A stretch of 54,272 nucleotides of DNA from Salisapilia sapeloensis CBS 127946. Taxonomy: Eukaryota; Protista; Oomycota. The notes below the pieces were generated by a model. It worked only from the letters and a program-made list of their open reading frames with translations. It was not told the origin of the DNA and made no database searches. The stretch covers positions 1 to 54,272 of the forward strand of contig JAADVB010000116.1 in NCBI GenBank assembly GCA_023334545.1, written 5' to 3'. Shown one piece after another: positions 49,116 through 54,272 of this stretch. Each line of letters begins with the position of its first letter. The first letter of the stretch is position 1. Made by a program: the position numbers and the translations under genes.

Positions 49116-49658
49116 ATGGCATTGCGACTTGCTCGACAGATCCAGCGGGCGACGGCCCCACTACGAGCTTTCTCCACTGCAGTCGAGACGCCTGCTCAGA
49201 GCACCGTCAAGCACCCGGTGAGCGCTAGCAAGAGCGATGACTATTTTGCGATCGTCAAGCTCAGTGGCACGCAGTACAAAGTGGCCGAAGTACGATTTCT
49301 CTTCTTTCGGGCTAGTAGATTATGCTAATCGTAGTGTACAGGGTGACGTTGTTGTGACGGAAAAGCTGCCAAAGGCGGAAGTGGGACAGACACTGGCGAT
49401 TGATGAGGTACCTCTACCTACAGATGGACTCTAGTCTTATGCTGACGCTATGAACAGGTTTTGCTACTGGGCAACGTGAACGAGACGATCATTGGGCGAC
49501 CGATCGTGGATGGCGCCAAGGTCATGGCTCGAGTGGAAGAGCAGACGGTCGATGAAAAGATCGACATTTTCAAAAAGAAGCGAAGGAAAAACTACCGTCG
49601 ATGGAATGGATTCCGTCGCCAAGTGACCATCCTCCGCATCCTCGGCATTGAAAAGTAG
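49116..49658 (+). CDS. MRPL21: Mitochondrial ribosomal protein bL21m; exons 49116-49289, 49342-49407, 49458-49658 (146 aa)
   Basis: Presequence-like MALRLARQIQRATAPLRAFS, then YFAIVKLSGTQYKVAE|GDVVVTEKL..EV|LLLG...IGRPIVDGAKV.A.VEEQ...KIDIFKKKRRKNYRRWNGFRRQVTILRI. Two phase-0 GT-AG introns (52 and 50 nt) carry GCTAAT and GCTGAC branch points. Confidence 0.93.
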
Positions 49659-50521
49659 ATTACAGTTCTTGTGGACGTTGCGGACGCTAACTCTTTTTTC
49701 AACAACGTTCTGAACCATTGTTTTCACGAGGTCTTGCCAAGTTACCTGTTTTTGCTTTTTTATCTATCGTTCTTGATATGATGAACATGTTGTGGACCGA
49801 TGTTGAAGATCCATGCACGATATTAAGCAGTGTCGGAGTCCATACATGCAGCGAACGTTGCAGCTGCTCGGCAGAAATAGAACTTGCTCATCCGGTAAAT
49901 TAGAGCAAATGATGTTTTGGATGCACAGCATAGGGTGCATGTACTACGATGTGGTGATCTTTTGTGTATCCGTGCAGCCACTGATGCGTCAGGATGACAC
50001 CCACGTTCAAGTAGCTACTTTCAAGTATGTGTCAATAAACTCTTGGATGACCGAAGGAACAGGATGCAGTAAGCTATCACTATACAAGGACTGCTCTGTG
50101 GCTTGTGGACATATTCCTTATCGTCGTGTTCAGCTCTGGTAGCGTATCCTTGGCATACAAGCAGGAAGAGTAGCCGTCGACCAATCTAATTCAGAATAGT
50201 CCGTCCGTTTCGACACTATAAATTCCAAAGCAGGTAAATACATTCCGTTCAATGAAGTTGGAGAAGCCGACCCACTTAACGGGTCCTCTACTTCCACGAT
50301 GTGCATCGTTGCGCCTGTTTTCTTCCTATCCAGTCCGTCGAAAAGCACTTGATGACAACAGCTTCGTCACACGGGCTTACTGCTCGGCGTCTTCTCGATG
50401 ACACGACGCACTCGTGTGGATATGCAAAGCCTGGTAATGAGATACAGACATGATCGAAACGGGTATATACTACAAATTAGCTGTATTGACAATGCCAGTC
50501 GTGACGAGGCACCTGGGCTCT

Positions 50522-51268
50522 CTATGGCTCTTCTTCTAGCGCGCCACACGTTGGGCAGCGGAGCTCCTCGTTCAACTTCGTAAGGACGCACTCATCGTGG
50601 AAGTAATGGCCGCATTGGAGAGTCGTAAGATACGAGTCTCGTATCTCTTCGGAGCAAATGTCACAATCACCCGATGGGTCGCTGTTCGAGTCGGTGTCTC
50701 CTTCCGACACGGCCTTAGTGTTGGGCAACGGCTGCAATAAAGACTTGGTATCGATTTCCACATCTGCGTACGTAAAGTCGAGGAATGCATCGACGACGTT
50801 GATAACCTTTCGGCAATTATAATTGTTGCGATTAGAGGCAAAGCTTCTGATAGATGTCATCATACCCAGCAGCTCTTCTCGCTGCGTCTCGAGGCGAGAC
50901 GTGAACCACCACTTGGTCGTGGTTTTCGACTTGTTGAGTAAGTAGCTTTCCAGCCAAGGACAGGCAGCGTGGCACCAATGTCCATGATGCAGTTTCTTCA
51001 AGAGACGCGTTCGTAGACTTTCATAGTCGCCAATGGATCGCGACAGAACCCATTTCTTTTGCAGAATATTGTGCGTGACGACAAGCAGGAATCGGACGTC
51101 GTTAAATGGACGATGTTTGATCCGGATGTCAATCGAAATATGGTCAGCGAGCTGCATGCGTCTGGCGGCGTTTGCATCCAAAAGATCTGGGTTGGACCTT
51201 GCTCGCTGCCGGCTGAGCGACCCCCTCTCGGGAGAACGCTGCGGGATACAGGCACTGGAGTGGCTCAT
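50522..51268 (-). CDS. PX-like domain plus C-terminal RING-H2 protein, 248 aa
   Basis: W.LSRSIGDYESLR..LL..L..GHWCHAACPWL (oomycete PX-like family pattern) and the RING-H2 CDIC..CGHYFHDEC..CPTC at 50546-50665. First ATG (MSHSS) is at 51268. Confidence 0.75.
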   Translation of the reverse strand: MSHSSACIPQRSPERGSLSRQRARSNPDLLDANAARRMQLADHISIDIRIKHRPFNDVRFLLVVTHNILQKKWVLSRSIGDYESLRTRLLKKLHHGHWCHAACPWLESYLLNKSKTTTKWWFTSRLETQREELLGMMTSIRSFASNRNNYNCRKVINVVDAFLDFTYADVEIDTKSLLQPLPNTKAVSEGDTDSNSDPSGDCDICSEEIRDSYLTTLQCGHYFHDECVLTKLNEELRCPTCGALEEEP

Positions 51269-51990
51269 GCTTCTGAATCGAGAGTGATATCGTAGAATGG
51301 TGCCTTGTTCTCGTGCCTCTGCGACAAAAACGAGGGGATCCGAAAGCACATCCCGATCAGGGTACAACGTGACTCTGATTTTCTATGAAAGGACTGTGCT
51401 AAAATTTAATTTCGGATCAAATATCCAAAGCGCAGTGGATTTCGGCAACGCTCGAACAAATCCATTGAAGAGAGAAGGTACCTTTTGGTCATCTAGACGG
51501 TGCATGGGTTGCAACGCATATAGCTACGGATGGATTGTCTTTCGCGACCTCTGCCGCGAAACTCTCTTTTCTTTCTCAAAAAGCAAACGCGATATCTTGC
51601 AACTCACACTGACGCCAGCACAAGGCTTTCGCCTTCGCTCGATCGAGGTTGCGATTTACGAAAAAATAAAAAGAGCCGCCTTAGATGAGGATCAGATTGC
51701 GACCTCAACATGGCATGCCAAAAGTAGGGACAGTGCGGGGCCGTTTATGGTGCGAATTGTATTCGACATATGACGAGCCGTTTTCTCCAGATATCATCCT
51801 GCGAAGGGGTGGGTATCAAGGATGGCAGGGGTTCTGGAACTATGCCACTTTCGGTACCTCTCCGACAGGACACGGTCGAAATATACAGAGCGAATGTAAC
51901 GCGTTTGCGATGAACCGAAAGGAAAGGATCTTGTTTTGGCACATGTTTACACGCGAATAAAGTATGCCGACCGAGGGGGGAGTTTTGACC

Positions 51991-52006
51991 CCTCATTATC
52001 GATTTC
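51991..52006 (+). promoter_or_regulatory. INR/FPR-like motif upstream of 14-3-3
   Basis: CCTCATTATCGATTTC lies about 45-55 nt upstream of ATG 52048. Confidence 0.4.
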
Positions 52007-52047
52007 GCCCGCCAGCCCCCCAAGCCCACGTCCGAATAACAAGCAAA

Positions 52048-52395
52048 ATGGATCGCGACAGTCTCGTCTTCATGGCCAAGCTCGCCGAGCAGGCCGAACG
52101 CTACGATGAAATGGTCGACCACATGAAGGCCGTCGCCAACAACCACAACGTCGAGCTCACCGTCGAAGAGCGCAACCTCCTTTCGGTTGCCTACAAGAAC
52201 GTCATCGGCTCCCGCCGTGCCTCGTGGCGTGTCATTTCGTCCATCGAGAACAAGGGCGACAGTGAGCGCAGCGAGCTCATCAAGTCGTACCGCCAGAAGA
52301 TCGAGGGCGAGCTCGTTGACATTTGCAATGACATCCTGAGCATCATCGAGAACAACCTGATCCCGAACTCGTCGTCCGAGGAAGGCAAGGTCTTC

Positions 52396-52431
<36 letters not shown>

Positions 52432-52797
52432 GCCGAGTTCCAGACGGAGGAGGAGCGCAAGGAGTCTTCTGACAAGGCCCTTGAGAGCTACAAGCAGGCA
52501 TCTACGATCGCCATGGCTGAGCTCCCGCCCACGCACCCGATCCGCCTTGGTCTTGCACTCAACTTCTCCGTCTTCTACTATGAGATTCTGAACTCGCCGG
52601 ACCGCGCTTGCAACTTGGCCAAGCAGGCGTTCGACGACGCCATCGCCGAACTCGACACGCTCAGCGAAGAAAGCTACAAGGACTCGACGCTCATCATGCA
52701 GTTGCTCCGAGACAACTTGACGCTCTGGACTTCAGACCAGGAACCGGACAATGCTGACGCTAACCAAGGCGACATGAACGTCCAGGACGTTGAATAA
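52048..52797 (+). CDS. 14-3-3: 14-3-3 protein, 249 aa, intronless
   Basis: [67 protein letters not shown] and [21 protein letters not shown]. The start MDRDS at 52048 is preferred over the ORF-track start at 51964. Confidence 0.98.
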
Positions 52798-54272
52798 GTC
52801 TTTTTTTCATTTGCATTTGGTTTCAGGAAGGAGATTGCACGAGGATGATGAGTTCTCCTGCGCAGTTGTGTCTAAGCATTAGTAAAAACATGAAGCATTG
52901 AGCAAAAAGATATTCTCATTCCTTGGTATAAACGATGTCTTTCATCTAAATTTGGATGCGTGAAGTAGACGCGTGAAACTTGTCTCTACTTTCCTTGACG
53001 TTCGGAATGACTGGAGCAAATTTGGTGCTGAGACGGTAGCTACGTGGTACCGGACACGGAAAAGGCATGCGCACCTCTACGTTGCGTGCACGCGGAAAAC
53101 CATCGCAAGGCTGTTCGTCATGAGTACGAGGGTACTCGATGCAGTCGAAAGTAAGGATGCTGTCACTGGATGATATTGGAGGATGCACGGTCGCTGTCGT
53201 GAGCAGATCGATGTATTATTATTCGATCCGAAAATGCTTTTGAGTTGGCGAACTCGTCAACGCTCAGTTCTTGTTCTCCTGAGTCTTCAAGGTGCAAGCG
53301 TACAATAGCATGCTTATACCAAGCTACGATATCACGATCAACTTGTAGCGTGCGTTGCCCGAAAAAATATCATTTGGAGGAGCGTGTCGAGTCCATGCAG
53401 CGTCGGAATAAGCATGAATCAGTAAGTGCAAATAGTAGCAGAGGTCCTCTCATGGCCAACCGATACCAACAACCAGATCTGCATCAAACTAGGCCAAGAT
53501 ACTCTTTTGGAAGCATGCCAAATCATCCACATCCAGCTAATGTGCATACAATATAGCTGCTAAAGGTATTCCTTCGTTCAAATAGATGTGAGCTTCTCGC
53601 CTTCAAATTCGCATGCATTCTCGGTGTACACAGTTCATAAGAACGATCTATCCTCGTTACCATCCGATCCACCAGCTATTCCTGCTTTCAAAATGTCATC
53701 GTCCACTGCACTGATAAAGTTGGCATCAGTTGTAGCTTCGAACTACCGTAAAGGATCGGTAATTGAAGCGTGAGTAGGGAATTATCTTGTGCGTTTTCTG
53801 CCAACTATCGTCATGAGTTCCGACCAGAATTTGGATCTCATCAAAATCTCACATGGATTGATACGACTGCTACGTTCATCACTGCAGCAATGATGATGTC
53901 GATGTCATCCTTGACGCCCCTTTGCTCAGCATAGTGCCGAATAGATCAAGTCTAACGTAAACACTCGCTACAAGGCCACCAAGAAGCAGTTTCACTTCCA
54001 CAAACCCAGCCTATCTTTAAAATCAGAAAAGTCTTAAGCCTAAGCTGAGTATGGGTATCAAGATAGTTCACGAGTAAAGTTGCCATGATCCTGATGGGTT
54101 GCATCTTCGCTTTTAAATAACAATGACATGGGTCTACTATCTCAGCAGTAGTCCTGAACAAGCAATCCAGAGGACGGCAGGACGGTGCCATGCCATGGCT
54201 TGGAGCGACCGACAGATGTTTCCATGCATGTCTGAACACGGGAACGGGTGCGAGTCCAAGGCATATCCCACT

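Noticed and set aside
49720-50350. Coding-like fragments on the minus strand (e.g. LLHPVPSVIQEFIDTYLK)
   Set aside because: They are interrupted by many stops and I cannot assign a family.
51745-52536. 263-aa ORF antisense to 14-3-3
   Set aside because: It is the same antisense shadow from biased codon usage, and the 14-3-3 frame explains the sequence.
52900-54272. Stop-riddled minus-strand fragments, including AYSDAAW reminiscent of copia RNase H
   Set aside because: It is a single short motif with no downstream STSG/EAEY motifs or LTR, so it is insufficient for a retroelement call.

Overview
Eukaryotic genomic DNA, most likely from an oomycete-like stramenopile. This is inferred from INR/FPR-type core promoter motifs, very short GT-AG introns, an oomycete-style PX/RING protein, PLAC8-like and trypsin-like genes, and the 14-3-3 sequence. 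The window is dominated by one giant gene (5920-37181, +). It has a short signal-peptide exon, a 53-nt intron, and a 31-kb uninterrupted exon, giving about 10,400 aa. The protein is built from about 22 FN3 domains, about 9 filamin/Ig repeats, 3 PA14 domains, about 40 copies of an unnamed EVQ..GGxFxL..WxVTF..GDLP module, and a recurring small beta module that often carries CxxC..C..HxC. These modules are nested inside one another rather than strung end to end. To its left are a cysteine-depleted PLAC8-like gene, ARP4, and a secreted trypsin-like pseudogene with three lesions and a Ser-to-Ala change at the catalytic position. To its right are a secreted acidic repeat (mucin-like) protein, NAC-alpha, a NOL8-like RRM protein, a TPR plus pol-beta-type nucleotidyltransferase fusion, mitochondrial L21 (2 introns), a PX-like/RING-H2 protein and 14-3-3. 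I saw no rRNA, tRNA, CRISPR array or intact mobile element. Domain counts and sub-domain boundaries were made by eye from the supplied translation and are approximate. No database searches were run.
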